A stretch of DNA of 64,000 bases, taken from the NCBI GenBank assembly GCA_964016885.1, contig OZ024752.1:49414001-49478000 (forward strand), read 5' to 3'. Made by a program: the position numbers and the translations under genes. This document shows positions 30,002 through 43,701 of this stretch, piece after piece. The notes below the pieces were generated by a model. The model searched no databases. It worked only from the letters and a program-made list of their open reading frames with translations, and had not been told where the DNA came from. This DNA is from Eledone cirrhosa. Lineage: Eukaryota. Each line of letters starts with the position of its first letter. Within the stretch, counting starts at the first letter, position 1.

Positions 30002-30375
30002 TTTAAAAAAATGTTGCTATAATGGTATTAATTATAACAGAATTTTACCTATATTATAATCCAATTAATAATATATCGGAATTAAATTTGCTTAACATAC
30101 ATCATCTGGCAGTTGATTATAATAAAAAAAAAAAATATGAATGTACCAGTTGTTATAAATTTTCATTAGTGATACACCTTCGTGAAGAGATTCATATTGA
30201 AGTTGCTCCCAAACTAAAAATCAATATTACTCAAATACTTGATAATCTTAACGATAGTCGGTAATTGGTACTTCAGTTTATTCCATTATTATTTCACACT
30301 TGGAACAGAATCGCTTGGAATACTAAGATTATCCTAAGAACGATTACAAGCAAACATTTAAAAGCAAAAATACCA

Positions 30376-30411
<36 letters not shown>

Positions 30412-30439
30412 GCTGCTGTTGCTACTACTACTGCTGCTG

Positions 30440-30474
<35 letters not shown>

Positions 30475-30558
30475 GCTGCTGCTGTTACTGCTGCTGCTGC
30501 TGTTACTGCTGCTCTGCTACTACTACTGCTGCTGCTGCTACTACTACTACTACTGCTG

Positions 30559-30593
<35 letters not shown>

Positions 30594-30988
30594 GCTACTA
30601 CTACTGCTACTACTACTACTACTACTACTACTACGAATATTACTACTACTACTACTATTACCACTACTACTACTACTGCTGCTACCACCACCACCACCAC
30701 TACTTCTACTACTATTACTACTACTACTGCTGCTGCTGCTGCTACTACTACTACTACTACTACTATTACTACTGCTGCTACTACTGCTGCTACTACTGCT
30801 ACTACTACTACTTCTACTATTGCTACTGCACTGTAAATGCACTTAGTAGAATTTGGAACCATATGTAAGTGAGATGCAAAGCCCCAGCTTGTCTGAGGGG
30901 TCAGTGGCCCCACTTCAGTACTAACTCAGTCAGTGAGGACTTCTCAAACCCTTCCTAGCTGGGAAAATGGATGTTAAATGATGGTGAT

Positions 30989-31018
<30 letters not shown>

Positions 31019-31021
<3 letters not shown>

Positions 31022-31203
31022 CGAAGGAAATGTGGTAAGGAAGCAGGTGGACCATAACGCACCAAAGTACTCAATACTTAGGGTAGTAGAGTGGGTAATA
31101 GGAATGAGTAGGACCCCGACGGCTAAATCTGGACTCTGGATTTAGTCCAGAATTAGCTGTCAAAACGGCTTGAGCTCAGCCGTCGGGGTCCTACTCGTTC
31201 CTA
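31019..31203 (-). mobile_element. H3-family fold-back element
   Basis: Same family sequence; inverted arms taggaatgagtaggaccccgacggct / agccgtcggggtcctactcgttccta. Confidence 0.6.
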
Positions 31204-31365
31204 TATATATATATAGTAATAATTGTTTCTACTTTTGGCACAAGGACAGCAATATGTATAGTAATAATAATAAATGTGAAGACTAAAATCCGAAGAGGGC
31301 TTGATAGGGTGAAAGCAGCGATTCTTTGCTTAAACTTTAATCTGTTATTTTAATAAATATATACA

Positions 31366-31592
31366 TTTTTTTTTAGGAACGATCGACTTTCGTCAAATCG
31401 GACCGAGGAAACAATGTTTCCGTTGGTCTTTCCAATTGCTAATACTATCTATCGGTCGCAACTCCAGGTAGAAGGAGCAACGTGAAATAAAGTGTCTTGC
31501 TCAAGGACATAACGCATCGCCCGGTCCAGGAATTGAACTCCCAACCTCACGATTGCGAATCCAGTTCTCTAACCACTCAGCCACACGCCTTC
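31366..31592 (-). mobile_element. SINE family C
   Basis: Reverse copy with an A-rich tail. Confidence 0.85.
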
Positions 31593-31692
31593 ACACATAT
31601 ATATATATATATATCATGATTCATACACATGTACACATGCATATCATGATTCATACACTATTCACTTTCCTGACATTTGTACATTATTCTAT

Positions 31693-32153
31693 GTGGATTG
31701 GCAGAATCGGTAGAGGGTTGGACGCCATGCTTTGCAACAAAGAGTTATGGCCCTTGCCATTCGGAGTTCAAATCCTGCCGAGGTTAACTTTGCCTTTCAT
31801 CCTTACGGGGTCGATAAAATAAAGTACCAGTAATGCACTGAGATAATTGCTGGCCTTGTGCCTAAAGTAGAAACAATTATTCTATGTACAATACATGCAC
31901 CTTTGAATGAGTTGCAGTGCACCTGAGCACTGTACACAAAAGTTTCATTATTATTTTATATATATAACGGTGGATTGGCAGTATCGGTAGAGGGTCGGAC
32001 GCCATGCTTTCCAGCATAGTTATGTCCCTTTACAATCTGAGTTCAAATCCCACCGAGGTTGACTTTGCCTTTCATCCTTACGGGGTCAATAAAATAAAGT
32101 ACCAGTAATGCACTGGGTAATTGCTGGCCTTGTGCCTAAAGTAGAAACAATTA
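31693..32153 (+). mobile_element. Two SINE family A copies (31693-31880, 31969-32153)
   Basis: Both full length; the first is flanked by the direct repeat attattctatgt (likely TSD). Confidence 0.85.
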
Positions 32154-33294
32154 TTTTATATATATGTTTCCTTGAGCAAGACACTTTATTTCACATTGCT
32201 CCAGTTTGCTCAGCTGTAGGGACTGGGGTCCCTATCATTTCACTGCAAAGTGGTCGTGGAGGTGCCACGGCAAAAAAGCACCCAGCACTCACTGTAAATG
32301 AGGTTGATGTTAGGAAGGGCATCCAGCTGTAGAAATCAAGCCAAAATCAGTTCCCGTCCCACCCTTGCAAGCAGGGAAAAAGCGGACGTAAAATGAAATG
32401 ATGATGATATATTTGTGTGTGTGTGTACTTTAAATTTAAAACCATTTATCAACTGTTAGCCCTTTCTGGTGTACAGAGGTCAGGAGGTCTGAAAATATTT
32501 ACAATATATAATATATAATTCTTTAAATTGTCTTCCAAACCCGGATTAATTGCCGGATTAAGTATTTTCTAATCCATATCTTCTGGTATGACTTTGTCAC
32601 ACAGCTACCTTCTAGAAATATCTCCACTGAAAATCTTGTGTGTGTATGTGTCACTGTGTGTGCTTGTGTGTCAGTGTGTGTGTATGTGTGTGTGTGTGTA
32701 CTAAAATAAAAATCAGCTGAATCTAAATTTTCAGCAAGCATTGAAATATTTCTTTTCTCTCTCTCTTTCTCTTTCTCTCTTTCTCTCATTCTCTTTCTTC
32801 TCATCTCTCTCTCTCTCTCTCTCTCATTCTCTTACTCTGTCTCCCTCTCTCTCTCTCTTGCTCTCTCAATCTCTTCGTTTATTATTAGTTTTGTTGTTTT
32901 AATCAGTAAGTTTGTAGGAAAGGTGCAGCGAGGAGAAAGAGACAGAGGGGTGAGGAGGGAAGAGGGTGGGGCGGGGATTGTTTTTCTTTTTGCATGTCTT
33001 TTATCTTTTATACATTTTTTTTTTCTTTTTACTTAAACCCCTCCCACCCACCCCCACCCACCAAAACATCGAAATATTTTGTTTTTCTCTTTCTTCACTA
33101 CTAAATTTATTTCCTGTAAAGGTGTCACAATTTTAAGTTAATCAAGGTACGCTGAAAAAATCTAATCAAGGTACATTGAAAAGAAAAAACAAACATGAAT
33201 GAGAACAAGAAGCTCACGAAACCCTGTCTTTATTGATTTCAAGCAGATTTCTTTTATATACATAGTTTATATATACACATGTATGTGTATGTAT

Positions 33295-33368
<74 letters not shown>

Positions 33369-33370
<2 letters not shown>

Positions 33371-33716
33371 AGGCACATGGCTTAGTGGTTAGAGCATTGG
33401 CCTTGCAATCGAAAGGTTGTGAGTTCAACTCTCAGACCGGGTGATGTGTTGTTTCCTTGAGCAAGACACTTTATTTCACATTGCTCCAGTTTACTCAGCT
33501 GTAGAAATGAGATGATAGGGACTGGGGTCCCTATCATTCCACTGCAAAGTGGTCGTGGAGGTGCCACGGCAAAAAAAGCACCCAGCCCTCACTGTAAATG
33601 AGGTTGGTGTTAGGAAGGGCATCCAGCTGTAGAAATCAAGCCAGAATCAGTTCCCGTCCCACCCTTGCAAGCAGGGAAAAGTGGACGTAAAATGAAATGA
33701 TGATGATGATGAAATG
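33369..33716 (+). mobile_element. tRNA-derived SINE family B with RTE-derived tail
   Basis: Box A tggcttagtggt, box B gagttcaactc, ccttgagcaagacact core; tail cccacccttgcaagcagggaaaagtggacgtaaaatg(atg)n. Partial copies at 32165-32408(+) and ~42503-42660(-). Confidence 0.85.
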
Positions 33717-34089
33717 ATATATATATAGTTCAAAAGGACAAATAAACAAATGCAGGAGTCAATAGTACATAGTGTTATTAGTTTCACGCTTGTATATATA
33801 TATATATATATTGATGTATGTATATAGATGTGTATATATATATATGTGTATGTGTGTATATAGATGTTATCATCATCATCATCGTTTAACGTCCATCTTC
33901 CACGCTAGCATGGGTCTGGACGGGAATTGTCCCACTTGAGGCAAGATTGGTTGTCTTGCTCTATATATATATATGTGTGTGTGTGTATGAATGGGTGTGT
34001 GTATGAGTGCATGTGTGCATATATGCATGTATGTATTTATGTGCGCATGCATGCATGTATGTATGTATATATATCTGGAGATCTCTCTG

Positions 34090-34280
34090 CACTTGTCGTC
34101 ACATGGTACCATGGGCCCAGCACTATGTGTCAATAATTGTCACAAGTGTAGTGTTTGTACCAGAGTTTTCAAGTCGCTGGCTGGACTAAAAAGTCACACT
34201 CGTTCAGCGCATCGGTAGGGGTTCTCCTACATGGATATAAAGTAGTGGCCGAACTCGAAAACGAGTTGGCAGCCACCATG
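34090..34280 (+). mobile_element. LINE 3' fragment ending in a C2H2-like motif (RTE-type C-terminus)
   Basis: HKCSVCTRVFKSLAGLKSHTRSAHR* (34141-34218), short UTR with hairpin aactcgaaaacgagtt, then a (TATG)-like tail. Confidence 0.55.
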
Positions 34281-34775
34281 TATATTTATACAAGCATGTA
34301 TGTATATATGTATATATATACATGCATGTATGTATGTATATATGTATACAGGTATGAATATATGTAAAAGCAGGGAGTTACTCTTACAACTAACTCCCTG
34401 CTCTATCGGAGAGCAAATAGCCTATAAATACATACTACTGCTGTTGTTGCTGTTGTTGTTGTTGTTGTTGTTGCTGCATTACAGTGATATACTATGGTAC
34501 CTCGTTAGTAAATCAATGCCCAAGATCATTGCTTAGTTTACTATTTCAAATGGCAACTTGTTATATATGATGTGGCATTATTAAAAGTATCATTAAAACA
34601 TAGTGTTCAGATTACTATCAAGAATGACTGTTATGAAATTTAATTAAATATTTGAATATCTTTGAAGAGTTATTATTATTATTAGTATAATTTTTTTATT
34701 TCAAATAGCAGCTTTCAATAATGAAAACATTATTTTAATAATATATCTTAAACTCCATCAACGTATGTTTGTGTG

Positions 34776-34814
<39 letters not shown>

Positions 34815-34854
34815 TCACATTCAAATATACGTACAGAGACACATGCATACACAC

Positions 34855-34903
<49 letters not shown>

Positions 34904-34962
34904 CCTTGCTAGCGCGGAAAATATATATATATATACCAAAAATATATATATATATATATACA

Positions 34963-34993
<31 letters not shown>

Positions 34994-35195
34994 CACTCCT
35001 ACATTTTATATTCATATTTCTCAGCCTTAACAAGCTACTCCTATCTTAAGTTTCCTTTCATTATGGTTTTGAAATGTATTGCATTTTCACTGAACCTGCT
35101 TCACTAAAACCTGCCATCTCCTCACTAATATTCCTTGTAAAGCTAAAAATAAATTAATAGGTTGACTATTGGAATTCTCCCTCTCCATACCTCGT

Positions 35196-35258
<63 letters not shown>

Positions 35259-35423
35259 TTCTCTCCCTCTTTCTCTCTCTCTCTCTCCCTCTTTCTCTCT
35301 CTCTCTCGTTGTTTTATCCTTTCTCTCTTTCTCTTGCTCTTTTGACGTCTCTCGCTTTTTTTTCCTTAAACCCTGCCTGTGTTCTCCTCTCCCTGTCCCA
35401 CTTTCAGTCTTTCCTAGTCTCCC

Positions 35424-35482
<59 letters not shown>

Positions 35483-35505
35483 TTGTATATGTGTATATAT
35501 ATCTG

Positions 35506-35551
<46 letters not shown>

Positions 35552-35617
35552 TATATTTGTATATAATATATATATATATATATATTTTTATATAATATAT
35601 ATATATTTTTATATATA

Positions 35618-35650
<33 letters not shown>

Positions 35651-36455
35651 AAGATATGTATATATATATGTGAATATAGATATATATAATATATATATAT
35701 ATATAATGTATATAGATAGATAGATGTATATAGATAGATAGATGTAGATAGATAGATAGATATATATAGTTATGTATATATATATATAGTTATATATATA
35801 GTTATGTATATATATATATAAATAGATAGATATATATAGTTATGTATATATATATATAGTTATATATATAGTTATGTATATATATATATAAATAGATAGA
35901 TATATATAGTTATGTATATATATATATAGTTATATATATAGTTATGTATATATATATATAGTTATATATATAGTTATGTATATATATATATATATATATA
36001 TAGTTATATATATGTATGTATGTATATATATGTATATATATATATATATATTTACATCTGTACCACTATCTCCCTCTTTGTTTCTCCATATGATCCAAGA
36101 ACTTAATTCTTCCGTTTTAGTGTGTGCAAGTAGTATTAGGACAGGTGAAATGTTGCATTCTCTCCTTTCTTTTTTATTTAGATTATATTATTATTATTAT
36201 CATCATTATTATTATTATTATTATTATTGTTATTATTATTATTATTATTATCATAATTTTTCCTTTTTTTTTTGCCTTTTTTGCTCTATGGCAATAACGA
36301 TATCAGATTTATTCAACTTCTTATGGTATATCACCACAATCCTAGAAATATATGTTATTTGGTTGTCTTTGACAGTTTCATTCCATGGAATTTAGGATTA
36401 CGATTATTCTGGTGTAGGAAGACAAGAGCAAGCTGATTCACTAAACAGCAATCAC

Positions 36456-36868
36456 TTTACGATCTGAGTTCAAATCCCGCCGAGGTTGACTTTGCCTTTC
36501 ATCCTTACGGGGTCGATAAAATAAAGTACCAGTAATGTACTGGGATAATTGCTGGCCTTGTGATTAAAGTAGAAACAATTATTATTATTTTATCGACCTT
36601 ATGGGGGTCGATAAAATAAAGTACCAGTAATGCACTGGGTAATTGCTGGCCTTGTGCCTAAAGTAGAAACAGCTATTAGGGTGGTGGATTGGCAGTATCG
36701 GTAGAGTGTCGGACGCCATGCTTTGACGCATAGAGTTACGGCCCTTTATGTTCTGAGTTCAAATCCCGCTGAGGTTAACTTTGCCTTTCATCCATATGGG
36801 GTCGATAAAATAAAGTACCAGTAATGTACTGGGATAATTGCTGGCCTTGTGCCAAAAGTAGAAACAAT
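36456..36868 (+). mobile_element. Tandem cluster of three SINE family A copies (two truncated, one full)
   Basis: The ggggtcgataaaataaagtaccagtaat domain occurs three times. Confidence 0.85.
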
Positions 36869-37571
36869 TTTTTATAGTGCATCCGAGCACTGTACACAAT
36901 AATTTTCATTTTTATCATGTATCTGTGTACGAAAAATTTTGTATGTATGTATGTTTTTGAGTGTGTATGTGTATGTATGTGTATATATATGTATGTATGT
37001 ATGTATATTTGTATATATAATAGATATATGAGGGAAGCTGTGGGTATTTGTAAGATTAGCTTAGTAAATGCATTTATATGTCTTGCGTGTGTGTGTGTGT
37101 GTAGGTGTGTGTGGGTGTGTGGGTGGGTGTGTAATGTTTAACTTTCTATGTTTTAACATGCATGTGTATTAGTGTGTATGTATGTAGTGTAAATGTATGT
37201 ATATGTGCGTGTGTGTGTATGTATATGTGTGTGTGTGAAGAAAATTTTGAAAAGATTTATCTTTGTACCAGCTGCCTTATTATATATGCCACACACACAC
37301 ACACATATATATATACACATGCATAAACTCATACACGCATATACATACATACACACACGTATACATATAAAGGCACAAACTCATAAACACACACATGTAC
37401 ATGCACATGCATACATATGTGTGTGTGTATCAGTTTTTGTGTATGTTTATATATATATATATATGTGTATATGTATATATGTGTGTATGTATATGTATAT
37501 ATGTGTGTATATATGTATATGTGTGTGTGTATATATATGTATGTGTGTGTGTATATATATATATGTGTGTG

Positions 37572-37616
<45 letters not shown>

Positions 37617-39443
37617 ATATACATATATATGTGTATATACATATATATGTGTATATACATATATATATACATATACATATATATGTGTATATACATATAT
37701 ATATATATACATATATATGTGTATATACATATATATGTGTATATACATACATATATATATATATACATATATATGTGTATATACATATATATGTGTGCTT
37801 GATGTTTGTAGGTCTGTTATTAATGGGAACATTGAAATTCTGCATATATTACAACAGCTCTGCACTTTGGCTGTTCATGAATATGTATGTGTGTGTATGT
37901 GTGTGTATGTATGTGTATGTATGTATGTGTATGTATGTGTATGTGTATGTGTGTGTATGTGTGTGTATGTGTGGTTGTAAACCCATGTTTGTGCGTGGGA
38001 GTTGTCATCCCTCGTGTGCATGTGTGCATTACGGTGTGATGGTTGTGAGCACTTGCATGTATGCGTGTATGAAAGTGTGTGTGTTAGTGTTTGTGTGTGT
38101 GTATGTATGTTTTTCAGTGTGTGTGTGTGTGTGCTTGTGTGTGTTAGTGTTTGTTTGTATGTATGTATGTTTTTCAGTGTGTGTGTGTGTGTTTTTGTGT
38201 TTGTGAGTGTGCGTGTGTGTATATGTGTGGAGACTATGGGCCCTTACGTGAGGAGGTTATGAGCCCGTATATGCATGTGAGTGTGTATGTTAATTGTGGG
38301 GCCCTCTCTCTCTCCCTCTCTCTCTCTCTCTCCCTCTCTCTCTCTCTCTCTCCCTCCTCTCTCTCATTCCTCTCTCTCCCTCTCCTCTCTCTCTCTCTTT
38401 CATTCTCTCCGATTTATATAAATTTTATTTCAATTTTCTTGGGGCTTTAAAGAGAAGGGGAAGAGAGGGGGTACATTGCTTCATTGTTGTTCTTCTCTGT
38501 ATGTTTATTGTTGTTCTTGTTGTTTGTGTCAACGAATATGGCTGTTAGTGTATGTATAAGAGATGAAGCGTGTGTGTGAGAGAGAGAGAGAGAGATTTAG
38601 TAATACAACCATATTTTTAACCCTTCTGTTACCATAATTCTAATGAAAAACACTATCTATAATTTTGAAATCATTTTGAAAATAATCAAGAATTTCAAAG
38701 GAGACAGTAGAATAACTAACTTCTTATTACGAAGCTGGTATTCAGAGCGTAACTTAAGACAAGTTCGATGGAAAACTTTTAGATAAATATAAACCCTTTA
38801 AAACAAACCTTTTCTTCTTTTTAGCTATCATAGAATCTGGGGCAATTTTGGAGGTTTTTATAACAAAATAGTTAAGAAATCACCGTGAACAACAGCTCCA
38901 TTCACTGTTTCAATCCTTTCATATATTTCATATGTATACCCTATATATATTTCATATATATAGGGTATATATATAGGGTATATATATTTCATATATAGGG
39001 TATCACATATGTAAATAGGAGTGGAAAAAATTCAATTCTCTGACATCATTCATGTAATTGAGACAAAGAAAACAAAAGCTTAAGCTTTTGCCTGTTTCTA
39101 AAATTTGTCATTTGTCATATCTCCCTGATGTCATGATATGCAAATCTTCTGAAATATGTAAAACATTTCTCTTTCTTTTCCAAACTAGAAAAAAACTAAA
39201 ATACATACTTATATAGTTGTCTAGTTAATACAAAACAGTGTGAGATGTGTAATAAATAACTAAGTTTCAAAAAGCCGGAACAATGGAGTAGAAATATATA
39301 AAAGGCAAATGATGACAAATAAAACCAAAATAATTTTAACATATTTTCATAACATTTAACTTAAATCTGCCTTCCTAAGAAGTCATCTCCGATTGACCCT
39401 TTAAGTATTTCTTAAGGATACTCCCTTGATAGTGGGTTTTTAA

Positions 39444-39796
39444 CCCTTTAATGTTCAAACCGGCCAGAATTCTCTACCTCTTTCTGTTGAAACTGGCTGT
39501 AACTGGTCGATCAAACTGATGTTAAGGTATTGTTCTCAAAATAAATACTTTCAAAATCTCATCGATTTGATATTATGTGAGATATTATGTGAGGTGAAGC
39601 CTTTACCATGAAAATATAATAGTATATATAGAATAATGTAAATGTTATGTGAGATATTATGTGAGGTAAAGCATTTACCATGAAAATATAATAGTATATA
39701 TAGAGTAATTTGAATGTTATATGAGATATTATGTGAGGTAAAGCCTTTACCATGAAAATATAATAGTATATATAGAGTAATGTGAATGCTAAAGGG
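39444..39796. mobile_element. piggyBac-type non-autonomous element with an internal ~3x tandem unit
   Basis: TTAA|ccctttaatgttca ... tgaatgctaaaggg|TTAA. Same family at 9100-9320 and ~11395-11565. Confidence 0.75.
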
Positions 39797-40020
39797 TTAA
39801 ACCCGAAAATATTTGGGATTATTAAATTTACTATGGTAAGATTTTATTGTTATCTTAGCAATTTTAATTTTCTAGTGCATTGTATGGTTTTCAGAATTAT
39901 TTAAATTTGTGTTTCCTGTTCAACAATGCTTCAAGCAAACAACAAAATAAATAATGTTTTACCCAAAATATTTCAACTACTTAAATATATACTTATACAT
40001 TGTTTGTTTGTATTTTTCAG

Positions 40021-41499
40021 AACCATGCCCAGTGCCTAGTATCAAAAGGAAAGTTATCAGAATGATGGACATAGAGTCTCCCACGTATATGCGAAACCCT
40101 ACACCCCTCCAAAGCCAACAAACCCCTAGAACAATGGTTATAGAAGCACAGTCACCTACTCTTCCGACTCGACCTTTGACCATAGAGCCACCCCGAACCC
40201 TCTCTATGGATTCTCCCAATAGTAGACAGCTGACAGTAGATCCACCACTTACCCCACAATCTCTAACTCCTTCACGGCCAGTCACTCTTGAATCTCAGAC
40301 ACAGCCGATCCTTATGAGACCAATGCCACTAGCACAGACCCCATCACCCCCAGCTCCCACTGGATCTCCTGTTGTAGAGCCCCTGAATCTTCACGATCCC
40401 CGACCCATCACCCCAGAAGCTTCACCTCCAGATAATTCATCTAGTCAATGTGTACCCGATGACATAACTATGGATTCCCCCCTGGACCTACCCTCGCAAC
40501 TGCAGCAGCCATCCCTATTGGGTGAGAACAATGGACACAACGGAAGTTTAACTACACCACCAGTACTCGAAATGCCATCTTCAGATGTACTTTCTGATCA
40601 ACATCCTATAGAGAATGGTTCATCTTCATTGTCTGTTCCAAGTCCAATCTCTGCTGAAGATGACATTGAAATGAAGAACAGTCCCAGTGCTCTTGCCCAA
40701 TCCTCTGATAAACATAAATCTCGACGAAAACGATCTTTGGAGGACATCATCAGTAAGATTAGAGACAGTAGCTACACTGGTAAAGAGAACGAAGACCTTT
40801 TGCACCATGTCAAAGAAGGACGCTTTTTCCTTGATGAAGGTGATGACCTGATGCAGCATATCAAGGAGAACAGCAGTCTGTGCAGTGAAGAAAGCGAAGA
40901 AGAACATGTCAGTGACCCACTAACAACTGACAAAAAACTAGTTGAGGAAGAAGACAATAAATCACTGGCTGATGACAGCAGACAGATGATTCCTATGTCC
41001 ACATCTTTCCCTGAGAAGAAAGACCTTGACCTACACGCCCCATTGAACATTCCAGAACATAAAAAATTCACTCACAATGCACTTGATCTCTTGGCTTCCA
41101 ACAGTGGTGATACTGCTTTTCCACACCCTGCTTTGATGACTTCCAAGTTGAATGGGTGGCTTCATTCCCCTTTCAATGGTCTTGGTCCACTTCCTTTCCC
41201 AACCCATCCCGTAGACCATACTTTGGCAGCTCGATACCTCCCAGTCTTTGCTAACAAATTCACTAGTCCGCCTGAAGGAGGAGAAAAGGACTATCTTAAA
41301 TGTCAGTATTGTGAAAGAACATTCCGTCGACAAAAAAATTTGGAGAACCACGTTGAAAACACGCATCATGGAAAGGGACCGAACAACAAGCGTAAATCTG
41401 GAGACTCTGTGCAAGGGGATATGTACTTTAAATGCACACATTGTCCTTACACAACCAAACATCAGAGCAACCTTTATGTCCATCTGCGGATTCACACGG
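40021..41499 (+). CDS. Internal coding exon (phase 1-1, 1479 nt) of a C2H2 zinc-finger protein: Pro/Ser/Thr-rich and acidic regions, then two C2H2 fingers
   Basis: Only complex-composition long ORF. Acceptor tatttttcAG at 40011-40020 and donor G|GTAGGT at 41499/41500. Fingers YLKCQYCERTFRRQKNLENHVENTH (~41292-41366) and YFKCTHCPYTTKHQSNLYVHLRIH (~41424-41495), with the TG(E[KR]P) linker split by the intron. Basic RRKR stretch present. The ORF-track ends (39954, 41564) run into intron. Confidence 0.92.
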
Positions 41500-41930
41500 G
41501 TAGGTTGTTTTATATTTATACATTTTTTTATTTTTATTTTTATTTTTATTTTTATATATTTTAAAAAAAATATCAATATTTATACATTTTTAAAAAATTT
41601 CGTTTTTATATATACATTTAAAAAAAAAACCCAAAAAATATAATTTTAGTTTTTATATTTTGTTTTTACAATTTCTTTTAAAACTGCACTTTCTGCGTCT
41701 GTTTACTATTTGTGTACATCCACCTGTCTTTGCACCTTGTATATATTGCTATTAATAAAAAAAATTCTCTTTAGTCGAGGTTAAAAAAAAAATCATAAAA
41801 GTAGTGTTTTGAAACTGATTATCATTATCATTATTATTATTATTGTTATCATAGTTATAATAATAATCCCCCCAAAATTGCTGACCTTGGGCTTAATTCA
41901 GAAACCATTATTATTTTGGATGAGACTAAG

Positions 41931-42153
41931 GGTGGTGGATTGGCAGTATTAGTAGAGGGTCGGACGCCATGCTTTGCAGCATAGATTTACGCCCCTTTAT
42001 GATCTGAGTTCAAATCCCGCCGAGGTTAACTTTGCCTTTCATCCTTATGGAGTCGATAAAATAAAGTATCAGTTACGCACTAGGGTCGATTTAATCGACT
42101 CACCCCCTAAAAAAATAAATTGCTGGCCTTGTGCCTATATAAGAAACCATTAT
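41931..42153 (+). mobile_element. tRNA-derived SINE family A (Nin/Deu-type domain)
   Basis: Box A tggcagtattag, box B gagttcaaatccc, gcctttcatccttatggagtcgataaaataaagta domain, tail tgctggccttgtgccta. Confidence 0.85.
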
Positions 42154-43701
42154 CTTGGATGAGACTTGGATGAGACTTAATGTAATAAAGTAAATTACAG
42201 TGAGAGGAAACTTTTGCCATTTATCCTTCTGAGGTTGGTAAAACAAATACAATGTTACAGCCTGTTGGGGAAGGTGAGAGAGATGGAGGCAATGACCGTG
42301 GGAGTTTGGCTCCTCTGTGTTCAGACCTGGTGTGCAGCGTCAGTTGTTCTTAGTGAGGTAGTGGTTTGTACTTAGCAAAGGTTTTTAGAACCTTGTGTTT
42401 GTGATTCCTGTATGTATTACATGTGTGTGACAGCTCACACCTGTGCAGGTTTAGCTGGCCTCCTCCAAGGTATATCTCGTTGGAGGTGTCTTGGGTGATT
42501 TAATGATAGGGACCCCAGTCCTATCATCTCATTTCTACAGCTGAGTAAACTGGAGCAACGTGAAATAAAGTGCCTTGCTCAAGGGAACAACACATCACCC
42601 GGTCCGAGAATTGAACTCACAACCTTTCGATTGCAAGCCCAATGCTCTAACGAAGCCATGCACCTTCACTTAAGCCATGCACCTTCACTAGTATGTATTA
42701 CATACATACTAGTGTACTGAGTTGACTTTCAGGAAACAGTATAACTGGTTTTTATATGAATTAAAATTAAGATACAAACTTTTCTTTTTCCATTTACAAC
42801 AGGCAATATGTAGATTTTACCGCGTTATCAAAGGTATATGAATACAACACACTAGTCTATCATATTGACTGAATTCTGTCCCTACATTTTATCTACCTTT
42901 ATTAAACAATCGCCTTTGTACCTAAAGTAAAAGAAACAATGATCTCTAGCTTCTAATATATTTGAATTCTTAAACAAAATTATTGTTTTATAATACTTTG
43001 TAGATAAACTCTTTTAAAACACTTCTTATATGTATGTTGGTGAACTGAATGCTGTGTTTTGTGTATTCATATTGTATACTCCAACTTTCAGAAATCAAGC
43101 TGATGTAAATAATCTTTTTAAAGAATTATTTCAATCACAAAATGTATATATTTCAAATGTTGATGGTGTTGTTTTTTGGGCGGGGTGGGGTTTAATATAT
43201 TTTTTTTTTAAATTAAAAAAAAAAAAAATTATTTTTTGTTTCTTTAATCCATCTACATAAATAACTATTTTTTAATAACTAATACATAATGAAAAATATA
43301 CATATATATATACTCATTTATATATAAAAATTATATTTATATATAAAAAAATATATATACATACATTATATATATACATATATATAATTCTTTTTAAATC
43401 CTATTTTAGGATTCCTCAAACTAAGTAGTTTTTGGGAGGTTTTTTTGTTGGTATTTGATCAAGTTAGAAAAAAAAAAAATGTTAAATATTATCTAGCTAT
43501 CTGTAATAAACTAACATCCTTTCCAGGAGAAGTTTTATCTCGTATTCAATGAAAATCGATCTTTGGTCCTACGATGCCTATATGTACATATTTCTGATAT
43601 GTAAAAGGGTTATTTGAATATGGTCAGAACTAGGGTGGTACTGCTACTTTACTTTTCAGTGGTGCTTCCTCAGATTTAGAACATAGGGTTTGTAAATAAC
43701 A

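Noticed and set aside
33369-33440. tRNA genes at SINE heads
   Set aside because: A and B boxes are present, but there is no complete cloverleaf and each continues into a SINE body.
34141-34218. C2H2-like motif as an extra exon of the zinc-finger gene
   Set aside because: It ends in a stop upstream of the main exon and is followed by a hairpin and simple-repeat tail, as expected for a LINE C-terminus.
42272-42353. AG|GTGAGAGA as the next exon (G-E-R linker)
   Set aside because: No polypyrimidine tract; it continues GERDGG with no finger and soon reaches a stop.
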